Shown piece by piece: positions 13,830 through 27,100 of a stretch of DNA of 64,000 nucleotides (position 1 is its first letter; each line of letters starts with the position of its first letter). The position numbers and the translations under genes were made by a program. The DNA is from Hydrolagus affinis (taxonomy: Eukaryota): contig JAAILG010000206.1 of the NCBI GenBank assembly GCA_012026655.1, forward strand, positions 62,001 to 126,000, in the 5' to 3' direction. The notes beneath the pieces were generated by a model. It saw nothing but the letters and a program-made list of their open reading frames with translations, was not told the origin of the DNA and did no database searches.

Positions 13830-14066
13830 AAATAATCCTTGCCTTTGATAGAGCCCCTATTACGTCTTCTAGATGTCTCAAAGCGCTTTACAGAACATAC
13901 TGGAAAGTGACTCGATATTTTGGGGGTGAAACGCAGCAGCCAATTGCGCACAACAACAACAACTTCGATTTATATAGCGCCCTCCACCCTGGACGGCGTC
14001 TCAGAGCACTTTACAATAGCAGCAGTATCCCACAAACTGTTGTGGATCGAGTGACCAATTAATTTC
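13830..14066 (-). mobile_element. SINE 3' half interrupted by an L2 tail (about 13951-14015)
   Basis: The SINE sequence gcagccaattgcgcac...cagcagtatcccacaaactg is split by (aca)n cttcgatttatatagcgccctcc. Confidence 0.7.
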
Positions 14067-16879
14067 ATTGGTTCCAGTAAGAGGCAAATGTTTGTTACAG
14101 AGGATTTAGCATGTATCAGCTACGGAACATTAGATAGGAACAGTGTGATCAAAAGAGGATACAGGTTGTTATGGTCAGCAACAAATAGATACCCTTTTGA
14201 TCAAATGTAAAGGAGGATGGGGCACAATAGACCACTGTGACATTGCATAAACAGAAATTTTGATTTATTAAAGTTACCGATTAAGCATAATCAAATAGAA
14301 AACAGCACAGTCTGCAAAAAAACACAGATTTCACATGCTGGATTATTAAATACAGCTAAAACCATACCAATTGTGTTTGAAGTTTTAAACCTAAACATCC
14401 CTGCTGCATATTTTATGCACATGGACTGGTAGATATGATACCCCTTTGTGTAGTTTGTTGAATCTATTCCATTTTAATTGTTCACAGATTTTCATTGTAA
14501 AGTTATAGTTCAATATGTTACTCAATGTGGAAGAAGGCAATTTATCATTCAAGTAATTAATAACGGCATACATATGCGCACTAAAAGCACACATACGCAC
14601 AAGTTGTTGCAATCAAGGAGAATGTGCAAGTCTACAGAACTTGAATTATTCCTTTGATGATACAGACTATGGTTCCCAAATGAATAGTGTGAAGTAGATA
14701 AAGTCCTGTTGCACACTTTACCAGCTTACAGTTACACGTTTGTGACAAACTCAAGCTAATAACTGAAATAAAATGAATAACAGATTTTTTAAATTGGAAA
14801 TTGTCTAGTGGGAAATCATTCTAAACGGTACATTTCCATTTGCTTATTACGGTAGAATAGCTTTTGAAGCACTAAAACATTGATTAAATTATATTTTTGA
14901 AGTATATTTGGCTCAATGAGTTGTGACTAGCTGTCTTATAATAATATCGTACAATGTTAAGATATCTCAAGTGCTTCACCGGATATAGTGTGAAGTGTAG
15001 TAACTGTATCATGATGTAAATCCAGTCGCACAGAATAAAATTGTGATCATTTTAATTGAACTACAGACAACACAATTGGTCGGTAGTTATTTTTTGACCA
15101 GAAACGACAGTATTTAGTCACTCATTCAGCAACTCAATCTAATCAAAAATAGCAATCCCTGAATAATTATTTTATATATGCAGCAAAGCAGGAGATTGCT
15201 TGTGCAGAGTTCTGAAGGACAATTTTAGGACAGACAGCAAGAAAGACAATCAGCAGCTGGAACTGTTTACTTAGAAGAGTGGTTGAGGACAGCCAATGGC
15301 TTTTTATAATAGCTAGATGCTACAATGGGAAGAAGGTAGGTATTCTGGAGGGATGAGCTAAAGAGCCTACTTTGTTAATTCCTCTTTTATGCTTTGGACG
15401 TTTAAGACAAAAGTGAATAAACTTCTAAACTACACTTTGATTTCCAAAGCACAGATAACTGTGGATTGATTTGATTTAAGCTTGCGGCACATTAATAATT
15501 CCATGATTTAAGGCATTTTCTGATTCACCTGGAATCTTATATTGAAATGCTCAACTAGGATCATAATGTCTGTTTAATCAAGTGGAAGTGGTTTGTACAT
15601 TGAAAATCTTCGCTAAAATCAACATTATACTTGGGTCACGAATCTAGAGACAACTAATACAGCACCTTGTCCAATTTTAAAGTGCTAATTGGCTAAAATT
15701 TACTTCACTGATAAACAAACAAACAGGATATATCTGCTTCTATATATCCTGTAACAATTAAAAAAAAGTTTTCTAATATTTTGCTATAATTATTAGTGGA
15801 GTTGTCCGGATGCTGAAACCAGACCAAACCACATTTCACATGAATCAAAATTCAGTTTGTCTAACTGAAATACACAATACATCAGCTTTTACGAGATACA
15901 TAGATCATTCCCCAAGCAATTTAATGGAACATTAAGACATTTTTGCATTAAGAGCATATTATAAATCTATAACTAGTTGGCATGCTGACTGTTCCTTTGG
16001 AAGAATTAGCTGTAAATATTAACTATAATTTTATTCTTCATTATATTTGATGTTTTAAAAATTCAATAATGACAAAAAAAAATCAAGAAACCTGTTAAGA
16101 AATAGCACCAATTTGACCCCAATATGCATCTTAAGTGTACAGTATTGTGAGAACTCAACTATTTATTCAGACTTCCAGGCATTTCCACTACTTAGAATAC
16201 CAATGAAAACACTGCATGTTCCTGCAGGTAAGCTCTAACTTAAAATTTACTTTGTACAATAAAAAAAAGATATACGGCCTTGACGTGCTGTTACTGACCT
16301 CAAGATTACTCAACTAAAAACAGATCTGAGCAATAGTTGCCTTCAGAGATCATTTTTTTGTGACATTTGGCTACTTTTGATTCATTACCTAGAGACTCAA
16401 AATGAATTCTCAAATACGTTTCGCACCCCTCAAAAGACTGTACACAAAATGAGGGGAGTGGTGGGAGAATGCAGTTATAAATTGAGTAGATGGTTAAATA
16501 GTTAATCCAAGTCTGCTGTAAGCAATTCACAGAAAAAATATTATGATGCCTAAATACAAATATAGCAGGGTTTAATTAGCAATTCAATCACTTAAAATCA
16601 CCAGCTTTGGTTAGAATTATTAGAATTGGACTGCCTTAAAGGCAATATTTGGGAGAATAATCTTTTTGAAAGTGTAGATGGGAAACTATTCAGAGCACTG
16701 CTGCTAGCTGAAGAAAATTTATGAACTAAAGGCTGGTTATAAAGCTGGTGAGGGCCAAGGAGCAGCTCACAGGCAAGCGATGTGGTATCAGAATATTGAA
16801 GACGTGAAGAAAATAATATAAAATTAGTTTTTTTGAAAGAAGGATTGGTTTATTTGGTTTAATGGTCTACACGAAGTGA

Positions 16880-17360
16880 ATGAAACCTCAAGGGTGAAGT
16901 GGAATTTTGAAAAAATGGCTACAATCCAGTTACAGGTGTGATTAGACTGAATATTCTACTGTGTACAACGCGGCTGGTATCTAGCAATCACCAAATAACT
17001 ATCTCAAAAACTGCTTGGTCAGGAGAAAAAAATTCCTGAAGACTGGAAAATTGCAGTTGTGGTTCCAATATTTGACTCGAAATGTAAGCATTGCAAAATG
17101 GTATTGAAAGAGAAGACTGTGGAAATAATTCAAAACCAGTAAAAATACCTCAAGAAGAAAATACACAGAAATGTACAGATGTGCAAATATATATATACAG
17201 TATATATACCGTATATGGAAAGGCCTGAGATTTTACTTAAGAATGAATGCTTTAGTTGATTTGGAAATATGGACGTCATGCTTGCTAATTGTAAACAATT
17301 GTATGATACAGTCCTATGCAAAGTTGGCAAAATTTGTGGAGGATCAAAACAAAAGTTCCT
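16880..17360 (+). mobile_element. Highly decayed CR1-type LINE fragments
   Basis: Translates PEDWKIAVVVPIF (compare CR1 PEDWxxANVTPIF) and AKFVEDQ (compare SKFADDTK). Confidence 0.5.
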
Positions 17361-18911
17361 AATTAGAAAAATGTGAATTCTAGGGGTTGTCTTTCTTTTT
17401 TTAAATTGTGGTCAAGTCTGGATATCAACAGTTTCACTGATCCAAATTTTAAAGGGGTCAACTTAGCAGTATTTCTTGATAGATTTCCTAACTGGGAAAC
17501 TTGGAAGGCCGTGGTTCTGACTCACAGGAGTAAAGCTCCAGCATGTCAGAGTGCCATGTACAACACCGCCACTCAGATTTCTTAAGAAATACCATAACAT
17601 TTCTTCCCATTTCTGTGATATGGTGTTATTCTGTTGCCAGGTGCCATGGTACACTGCGAACGATGGGATGGCTCCAGTGATCAGCTCGTCTGATTTGAAC
17701 CCCACTGATACTGGGTTTTATTTGAGTCTTTTGCAGGGAATATCCACTGTGTGTATTACATTTTTCAGTTGAGCGTCAGTGTTTATTTTAACTGCAGCGC
17801 CTGTGCTGATGAATCTGAAACTGCACTGACCTAATTTGGCCACTGTGTGCCATCTGAAGCCAAGCTGATTCAAACTGGGCAAGCTGGGAAAACCCCCAAC
17901 AGGCCAGAATTGATCCAATTTGGGAACTCAATCAATCACGGAAAACTACACTGCATTTTGGAATAGCAAGTACACAAAACTGCAGAGGCTGATCAGCAGG
18001 AGTAGCGTGTTGCGTTTGCAAACAAATGCAATTCCACTAGCGAGAATATCATCTCCTGAGGGAGCAGAAGAAAGCAAGGGTCGTGGATTTGGTGAGAGCT
18101 TTTATCATGCCGAAGAAATTTAAAAAATCTTTATTTTTCAGGGCAGATTAGCAAGTAGGATATAACGGGCCTTCTCTCTAATTGAGGTGAAGCAGCCATG
18201 CATCTTAATTGTAAGTGACAAGATACATGTTTAAGTTTGTAAAAACGCTTACTGAACTAACCACTGTATTTATTATACAGTGTAAATAAATCAATTCTGG
18301 ACTTTACCAGGAAATCGGTAAATTCCAGACATACGCTACAAAACTCCATAACAGCCTATGCAGACATTTCAGTTCCATTACACACAGACCAAGACAAACT
18401 TGATGAAACATGCTGAGGCAATAAGTGCAGAAACAATTAAAATAATGTCTATTTCAAAAAAGGCACGTACAATTACATTTAAGCTGCAGGGAGAATGAAG
18501 CAGAATAATTGTACATCTTTGTTTCCTCCAGCACAATATTTCAAAGGACCGAGCTAGGTCTGAGTACGAGCTCAACCAACAGCCAGGCGCCAATCCTGAG
18601 GCAACACCAGTGTGGAGTACTTTTGATTTTCTTACTGCTCTGAATCAGAGTATCTCTGTGTGATGAAGACAACATATGAGAGGCTAAAAGTTTGCAGGGA
18701 GATTGCCACTGAGGTGTGCCAGCATTCAGACTGCACCATCAATACAAATGATGGTCACACAAAAGTCAGATGGCTGAGATGTGCACTATTGTATTAGGGA
18801 GGTAAGTAACAGTAGTGTATTGTTGATCATCGCCTGCACCTCAGTAAACATCAGGCAGTGAAACTAATGCCACAGGATCTCATTATGTGATTCTCCCAGT
18901 AAACATCGCTG

Positions 18912-18949
18912 TTGGTTGTCAACTCACAGAACTGTGAGTTGACAACCAA
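18912..18949. repeat. Perfect inverted repeat, 18-bp arms, 2-nt spacer
   Basis: ttggttgtcaactcacag-aa-ctgtgagttgacaaccaa. Confidence 0.9.
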
Positions 18950-19741
18950 TATTATTAAGTGGGTGTCTATAATATATCTATCGTTTTAATTTGTACACTA
19001 ATCCTTTATTCTCTTCATGGTTTCCTGGGTGATTTCTACAATACAATTATTGAATTTCCACCATCTTTAATGACACACAATAGAAAATATAAGAATTACA
19101 CAAGGTACAAGATACTCAAGGACAAAACAATGCCTTATTCAGTTTTTAAATATAATTGTAGAGGGATTTTAAGATAAGCTCAAAGAGAAGACAGTGAGTC
19201 ACAGAAATTAGAAGACTCACAAATGATGAGCATCTGATACAATCATACGTGAATACGGTGGGATATAGATCAGCATCATTAGTCATGTATGGGCAGAAAA
19301 TATTAAGTTGGAGGATTGAACCATCACATTCTTGCTCTTTCTGTTTGTTAACACTTTTAGGGATAGTAAAAAGTTCTAAGATTTTATTTATTCAAACTTA
19401 AATTTATAACTGCACACAGAACTAAGACATGATCCCATTTCAAACTCAGGCAGATAGAAATGAAATAAATATTTGGTTGAAATTCTGTGTTTGGTGTTTA
19501 TACCGAGTTGATATCATAGTCCCATTCAGAGTTGAAATTGCAAAGTTTACGTCACCTGGCTCGGATCACCCTACCATTAGTCATCTTAAAACGGGTACAT
19601 GTCTGTCTGTTACAACATTCAGAGTTCTAAATCAAAACATGAAGTACAGGCAAATAATTGATGGCTCAGATGTTACACCACCTTGATTTCTATTTCAGCT
19701 CAGGAGAGACCAATTCAGCAGCAAAAAGAAAAGTACTTTAC

Positions 19742-19795
19742 CTTCTGACCTCGGGGACCTGGAGGACCTGTTGGACCAATAGGACCTTCATCCCC
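19742..19795 (-). CDS. col24a1: col24a1 exon 7 (GDEGPIGPTGPPGPRGQK)
   Basis: 54 nt, acceptor ttcctacacag|, donor AAG|gtaaag; visible within track ORF 19715..19957. Confidence 0.95.
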
Positions 19796-20239
19796 CTGTG
19801 TAGGAAAGCATTGACACATCAGCTGTGGTACTGCAGGAAATAACACAATATTTAAGGCAGAAGGTGGCAGAGTAAGTGACACTGCTGGGCACTGACTGAG
19901 CTTAGTGCCCAGGATGTTTGTTCTCAAGAGTGATAATTGTGATGACAAATTCTTCAAAAATATTCCTGCCAGTTGAAAAATATCAGGATGGAACTGGAGT
20001 GACAGATTTAGATTGCAAACTTTCTGTGTGGGCTTCAGTGATTCATTAGCTATGTCTTGAAATTAACACTGAGCTTGTGACAAAATGGATAATATTTTGT
20101 TATAGGTAATATTTGCATAATCTTCTCTGCCACAACGTTTAAAAAAAAACACATCCATATTCAAACAATTTTCAGTTTGAATATATACCACAATTAAATA
20201 TTTTAATCAAAAAAGGAAGAAAAGGTTTAGGTAACACTG

Positions 20240-20348
20240 CAACGCCCACAAAATACACAGTCACTTTACAGTATATTCTGTGAAGCTCTTTGAGATGTCT
20301 CAAAGGCTTGATAAGTCACCATATCAAATGCAAGGATTATTATTATGA
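20240..20348 (+). mobile_element. SINE 3' tail fragment
   Basis: cactttacagtatattctgtgaagctctttgagatgtctc...atcaaatgcaaggattattatt. Confidence 0.7.
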
Positions 20349-21353
20349 TGCCAAGTTTCCTGTGAACACTTTTGAATTCTTCAGGATTAGCTCATGTACT
20401 GTTACATGCCAGTAGCCATTACAAGTAAAATAATGTCTGGTTCATGAAAAATATTAGATAAATTTGACTTTTGTACAATTTTAATTTTAAATTTATAAAA
20501 CGTCACTTGGTCACAGTTACATTCCCCATTGGGCTTACTTGAGAGTGTTCCTCTTACTTCTCTCTCCCAATGATACTTCCTGCACTCATGTGACTCGGGC
20601 CGTTACGTTCAATTGATGTCAGTGCTTAATTATGGTTCAGACGCTCAGTGATATTGTGGTGAGGATAAACCAGGACTCCTTGTATTTAAGAAATAATTTG
20701 TACAGGAAGACGCTGCCAAAGCTGTCAATGTGTCCATTAGAATGGAGGAGGGTGGAATAGAGCATTAGTCATACATTGGATTGTGCATCTCAGCCAAGAA
20801 TGGGATTTGAACCTCAGTACCCATTCAGTGTAGCACAGAGCGTTAAAGAATTGCCAACAGCTGGCTCCTAGAATTACACTTAATTGTGGCTGTGAATTGG
20901 TACCACCGGCCTATTTCAAAAGTGGAAGTGTGGCTCTCAAATAAGCTATCCTTATTCAAATGATAACCAATAGGATCCAACACCACATGCAATAAAAGAC
21001 AATCAAACTGATGGATTGCAGTGACTGTTATGGAGATTCACATCAATGTAAAACACAAGATGAAATGCAGAGACGGAGCACAAAAACACTGAACCAACAT
21101 TGATCACATGCAATGCACACCAGAAAGAATATACCTCACCCCACGCTCTCATGCATTCTGTCCACGGTGAGCAGCCTCCTTCACAGCTATTCCTCTAAAG
21201 AGGTAACAGCCAATAATGGTGATAATGGTGAACCATGCAGAAGTGTGACAGTGATGGGAATGAATGAATGAATGGCAGCAAAGACAGTTTAGCACACAGG
21301 ACTGTGAGTGAAACATACAGTGATGAGGGGGATGACTTCCCAGTTCGATTTAC

Positions 21354-21407
21354 CTTTTCTCCAGGTGGTGCTTTACTAGGCGTTAAGCCTGCATCTCCTT
21401 TTGAACC
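21354..21407 (-). CDS. col24a1: col24a1 exon 6 (GSKGDAGLTPSKAPPGEK), with helix interruption
   Basis: 54 nt, acceptor cctacattag|, donor AAG|gtaaat; two consecutive triplets lack Gly. Confidence 0.9.
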
Positions 21408-22426
21408 CTAATGTAGGAATTATGCATGCACCACATGTAATCAACAGAATATAGTCAAGAGAGATCATCAAACTCTCCCAGATTTATAAACAATTCTAAA
21501 CAGCATGGTTCATCCAAAACAGTACTCAACAATGCCTTCTCTCAATTATTGGAAGAAATACAATGCAGTTATTATACTCAACAGAATTGCACTTGTTAAC
21601 TATTAAATACAGTTGTATTGGTTAAATATTTAGGACAGTATTTATTGGGAGTGCTGGGTATAATTCCTGCATGTGTATTACAAGTGAATTTTAGTCAGCT
21701 TCACAAGTAGAAAGATTTTTTGTTTTGATCAGCAAGTGTCTGACACATGCATAAACCAGTTTAAGGGTATCTAAACAATACTGAGAGTTCCATATATATT
21801 TGCCACCTACACGTGGAAATTGCCCTGTCTGCAATTGAATGCAAACTCTCCTACTCGAAGGTTCGACCTTACTTACCTGATTCCAACCGACATAGGTTGG
21901 CAAGAGTCAAGGTGTGGGGACCTTATAGTGTGTGGTTTGGGTTTTGCTGAATTTTAATCAGCTAAAAGCCTTGCCATTCAGAGCACTGCCTGCCAAGTTG
22001 CCCACTGTTCATTGAGCTCAGATCACCCTACCCATTAGGGCTTCAGGATAAAGTTAACAGGAGCTAAGTGGGAAGAAACCCTGTACCTAGTCTATTTCTC
22101 CAAATCCTGCCAATAAACCAGCTTGGCAGGTCTGTCATGAGCAGTGCCCTGGAGCACTCAGATGAGGAACCAAACTAGCACAGAAGGTTGATTTTAGCGT
22201 GGAAACCAATTTCATACAATGGAAATGTCCAGTCAATAAAGTTCATTGCACGTTACGTCTAAACCTTGCACGTTCACATGTGTGAACATACTGCATCTTA
22301 AATTTTAAAATACTTCATTTAAAATTTAACATACAGTATATGACCTCAGAATGTAAATGGCGAGCAATGAAGGTCTATTGTGCATTATGTAAAATATGGT
22401 CTTGCAGTAGACATGAGACTTGTATC

Positions 22427-22876
22427 CAGGGCTTCTGATTTTCAGTTTCAACAGAAAAATGCCCATAAAATACTCCAAGTACAAAAATAAAACAAAATTG
22501 GTGCTTTTATCCATTAACACCTGGAAATCGTTGCTCAAAGTCACTGAAGAGTAAGCTTTTTTCTCTCTATCTCATTCTCAGCGGTTATCCTGGTGTGGCC
22601 AAATAGGCATGTCTTACTCTTGCTCTCCACCTCACTGTGTGAAGGGTGTATATGTGAAAGGAGGGAGACTCTATGCTTGCAGAAGGGCACCTCTCTCTCT
22701 CCCTTCTGGCACATTCTGCAGAAGCAAACCTGGAAAAAATCTTCTCATTACAGTAAAGAAACAGCAAAAGACGTCGAAATTCCAGATTTTTGGACGTTGA
22801 CGGAAAACCCCAAAATTGCAAAAAAAAACGGATCGTGAAAAACAAAATTAATTAATAATGAAAAACAGAAGTCCTA
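22427..22876. mobile_element. Non-autonomous hAT-like DNA transposon (MITE), about 450 bp
   Basis: The left end cagggcttctgattttc and the right-end reverse complement taggacttctgtttttc match at 14/17. YAGGG termini are hAT-like. Confidence 0.55.
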
Positions 22877-23376
22877 CTTATTCACTACATGGGCCTCTGA
22901 CAAATTAGACAAAGGTGTTATGAAAAATATCTTGGAAAAGAAACATAGCTATCACAATAAGCATTTGAGGCAATTCCAGGAAAGCATATTTAACCCATAA
23001 ATAAAAAAAAGTTATTATTTTGTTTACAAGTTAAATGGTTGACAGCTGGGAAAAGAAAGCCCACTCAGTATGCCAACACTCCCAGATTGTAGTATTTAAC
23101 GAGGCCCCCAATTTGAATCCACATACACGTAGGACACTGGCAAATAGTGCTATTCCACAGGGCTTTCCATTACTATCCATCCAGTCATTTCACAGCAACA
23201 GTCAAGAATGATAGGGAGTATGGGGGATCTCACTGACCATAATTGTTTTGCCGACTGCAGCCAGAACCAACACAAAATAGACCTGGAAGTTAGTTGTGAA
23301 ATAGGAGAGAAGCAGCAAAGAAACCACACTAGGCCAGGTGATTGCAGCTCGCGCGAAGCAAGTGGGGATGGGGAAG

Positions 23377-24190
23377 GAATCATAGAATTTTATGGCACAA
23401 AAGGAGGCCATTCGGCCCATTTAGTCTGTGCTGGCTCTTTGAAAAGAGCAACTCAAAACTCAATCCCACTGCCCAGCTTTCTCCCCATAACCTAATAGAC
23501 CCATTCTCCCTAAATAAAAATCTAATTCTAATTCTCTTTTAAAAGTTGTTATCAAATCGGCCTCCAACACGTTTTCAGGTAATGCATTCCAGATTCGAAC
23601 AACCCGCTAAGTGAAAAAATTTCTCCTCAGCTCCCTCTGCTTCGTTTTGAAACTATTTTAAATCTATGACCATGAGTCACAGATTCACCCACCAGTGGAA
23701 ACAGTTTTTCCTTATTCATCCTGTCGAATCCCCTCATAATTTTATAAACTTCTATTGGATCTCCTCTCAACCTTCTCTATTCTAAAGAGAATAAACCTAG
23801 CCTATCTAACCTTTCCTCATAACTGAAGTCCCTCAATCGTGGTACCATTCCAGTAAACCTTTGCACCCTTTCCAATGCCTTAACATCCTTTCTATAGTGT
23901 GATGACCAGAATTGGACGCAGTACTCCAGCTGAGGCCTAACCAAAATTTTATAGAGGTTAGTCAGCACTTCCTGACTTTTGTACTCTATACCCCTATTTA
24001 TAAAACCTAGTATCCCATATGCCTTCTTACCGGGGTTGTCTACCTGTCCTGCCACCTTGAAAGAGTCACTAACACAAATCCCTAGGTCTCTCTGTTCCCT
24101 CACACCACTTAATATTGTACTATATTGCCTCCCCTCATTTCTTCTTCCAAAACGTGTCACCTCACACTTCTCTGCATTAAACTTCATCTG
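23377..24190 (-). mobile_element. CR1 LINE 3' end (ORF2 C-terminal remnant plus 3'UTR)
   Basis: MKFNAEKCEV..RDLG..LYKILVRPQLEYCVQFWS..LERVQR..YEERLDRLGLFSLE are hallmark CR1 motifs. The tail reads gggccgaatggcctcc...ttctatgatt. Confidence 0.93.
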
Positions 24191-27100
24191 TTTAATGAGG
24201 TTTAATGAATCAACTAAGGTTCTGCTCCTGGTTGATATCCAGTGACATCTCCTGGATAATGTCTACGCTTATGTCACCACAGAATTAAGTTCGGCTGTGG
24301 TGACTCCCATGGTTGATTAAAACTCACTGCCTGAGCTCACATATGAAGAACAGTTATATGCGAAGTTACTGGAATACTCAGTACAGTTCTATATCTTCTA
24401 TGGGAGAAGACAGAAAAGTGGGGGGAAGAAAAACTAGCAAAGGCAGTGAAACAGAAATAAATAAAAGCCAATAAAAGAACACAACCAAGGGATAGGATGG
24501 ATTAAAAAAGCAAATCAAGTGCATTCAGTCAAAGGAACAGAAAAACAAAAAAGAACAATTACAAAGAAAAACAAAATTAAAAGATATATACACACATTTT
24601 ACTTGTTCTGTTTATGTACTTCAAAGTTTCACTTTATTCCCTTTATGTTCCTTCTTTCTATAGACACACAAAAGGAATCCAACTCTGTAACAGTTTAATG
24701 CCCTTTAATACCTGAGGGATCTCTCTCTGTGCGTGATTAAATCAGAATTATCCTCCATGCTTCCATCTCTTAGTTGGAATAAATTCAACAATCTATGCAC
24801 ATGTGCACACTCCTGCTTTGGCCTGCACAATAACATTAAGACACAAAATGCTTTGCAACACAATGCCCCAAATTTTACCATTTTATTAAGTGCTCTGTAA
24901 CTGAAATCACAATTAGTGCAAGACTGCAGGTGTAAAATGACTAATGCTGCATCTTCAGCGTCAAGATAACAAAAGTGTATGACAAAAGTTGAACGCTTGA
25001 ACATCATGTTCCTCTTTGTGTGTTTATGCAGAAACAAAACCACTAAAGAAATGCTGGAACACAGTCATCTAAGATTCTGCTCATTGGAGCACAATGATCC
25101 TGACATCAGGGCATAAAGCTGCTGATGCAAATTGAAATTATACCCAAATAAAAGATCATTGAGATGGTGCGGTTGTAAAGAGTGGAACTAAAATGGATTC
25201 CATTATTTCAGTGGAAGCGGGTACATTTTTGTTCACAGGCACATTTTTGATTAGATATTGCTAAGCCTCTTACTGACAGAATGCCGAAGGATTTAACCTC
25301 CAAAGTATTGCCCCACAATACTTTATCAACACATTCCCCCGGACTAGATTCTTAGATCTCCTATTTGATGACATGGTGAATCAAGCGAAGCTATTAATAA
25401 TGCCAGTGCATCATTTTACTTTGATAACTCATATTTGTGTATGTTGCAACACAGAGTGAGACTAGTCAAATGTCTTGGGGCTGCACAATTCACATGTTCA
25501 ATATTGCTGAAAATCTAGGAGCAGAGTTTAATGTTTTAAGCTAGAATTCATTTTGAAAGGAATAACCCTTTTCCTGGGTACAGTTAATTTATTTCCAATG
25601 AGTTAACCAGATGGTGAATTTTCTGTAAATCAGTTTCTGCACTGCAATATTGATCTGAGAATGTTCCTAATTTAGCAATTGTTCTAAGAAACTTATGTAG
25701 CTCTGATTCACTCCCTGCTAATGAAAAACACAAGGTTTGCAAAATAAAAAGGTCTCTTGTCTGTAAAGATATGGTAGATTGGAACCTGACAAGAGTGAGA
25801 GATGTGGGCTAGGGGTGGGGATGGGGGGGGAGATTGTGTAGGTAGGAGAGAGACGGATATTTGTACGGTTCTCATTTCCTAAATACGGCAGTCACTACAT
25901 TTTACAGTAAATCCTGTGAAGCACTTTGAAATGTCCTGCCAACATAAAAGCCATGTATCAAATACATTTGCATCTGTACACAGAGACACATCACCAGCTA
26001 CAGCCTTGAATCCACTTGCGTAACTCATGGGATATGTCTGTGAATGTGCTAGAATTCCCTTGTAAGTTTTGATCAAAAATCTGATTTTTGTTTAAAGGAA
26101 TTCTTTTGGAGTCATTATGCCTTTGAAATATCGTACATAGGGATTGCATGAACTTGCCAGTTTGCAAAGGATGCTGAAGAGAAGGATTCTATTCCAAATA
26201 CAAATACCGGCTGCAGTTCAATACCTTCCTCTTATAAATACAAATAGGCAGCTGGCTCTGGGATGTACGGTTTAAGGCTACACTTGTATAGATACATTTA
26301 GAAACTAACATGATATGCTGAATTCACTGGGATAATTAAACTATTTATAACTAAATTGAAAAACAGGTTTATATATACACATCACTAATTAGTCTCAAAC
26401 AGAAATAGGGACAGCTGATTGACACATTCTCATTCCTATATATGTGTAGCTTTACAGTTGTACACTGTTGATCACTTGTAATTCATCACCCCTCTTCCCA
26501 CTGACATTGCCATTTGCTTGCACTATTTTCTTGTTCAAAGATAATCCGTGGACAATCAACCAGAGAAACAGTAGAGAGAATATATACTCCTCACTATTGG
26601 TAGCCATTGTAGATCTGGTCATATAAACACTCATTCCTCCCACCCTTTTAGTACTTCTTGCTCAAATTCTAACCCTAAGGCACCATGGTGATTCAAGCTC
26701 CCTTCTTTTCCTTTTGCTCCAAAACTTTCCAACAAAGCCACTCGTCAAGAGAATAGAGACATCAAAATAAAAACATATTTTCAAACAAGTGCTTCTACCT
26801 TTCAAGGTGGACAGCGGAGCAGGAATAAAACAGAAAAAAGTGGACAGAAAATGGACGTTTTCAGAATAAACTTGTAAAGGGAATAGTTTAGCTAAAACCA
26901 CCAGCTTTCATCCGGTCTGCTGCACACTGACAGTGACAAAAACTGCCCTAAATAAAACCCAAGTATGTCTACTTCACCCAATTCAATTGCCTTCAATGAC
27001 AGCATCAACAAAGCAGTATTTCAGGGTTGACAAAGGTTATTTAGTCTGACAGGTTGCTAAACGCTGTCATTTGGATGTCGACGAGGTAAACCTGGTCATG

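Noticed and set aside
3903-14460. A miR-455 paralog (the related gene COL27A1 hosts miR-455)
   Set aside because: Only short partial resemblances were seen (about 6563-6595 and 14414-14430), with no complementary arm or hairpin.
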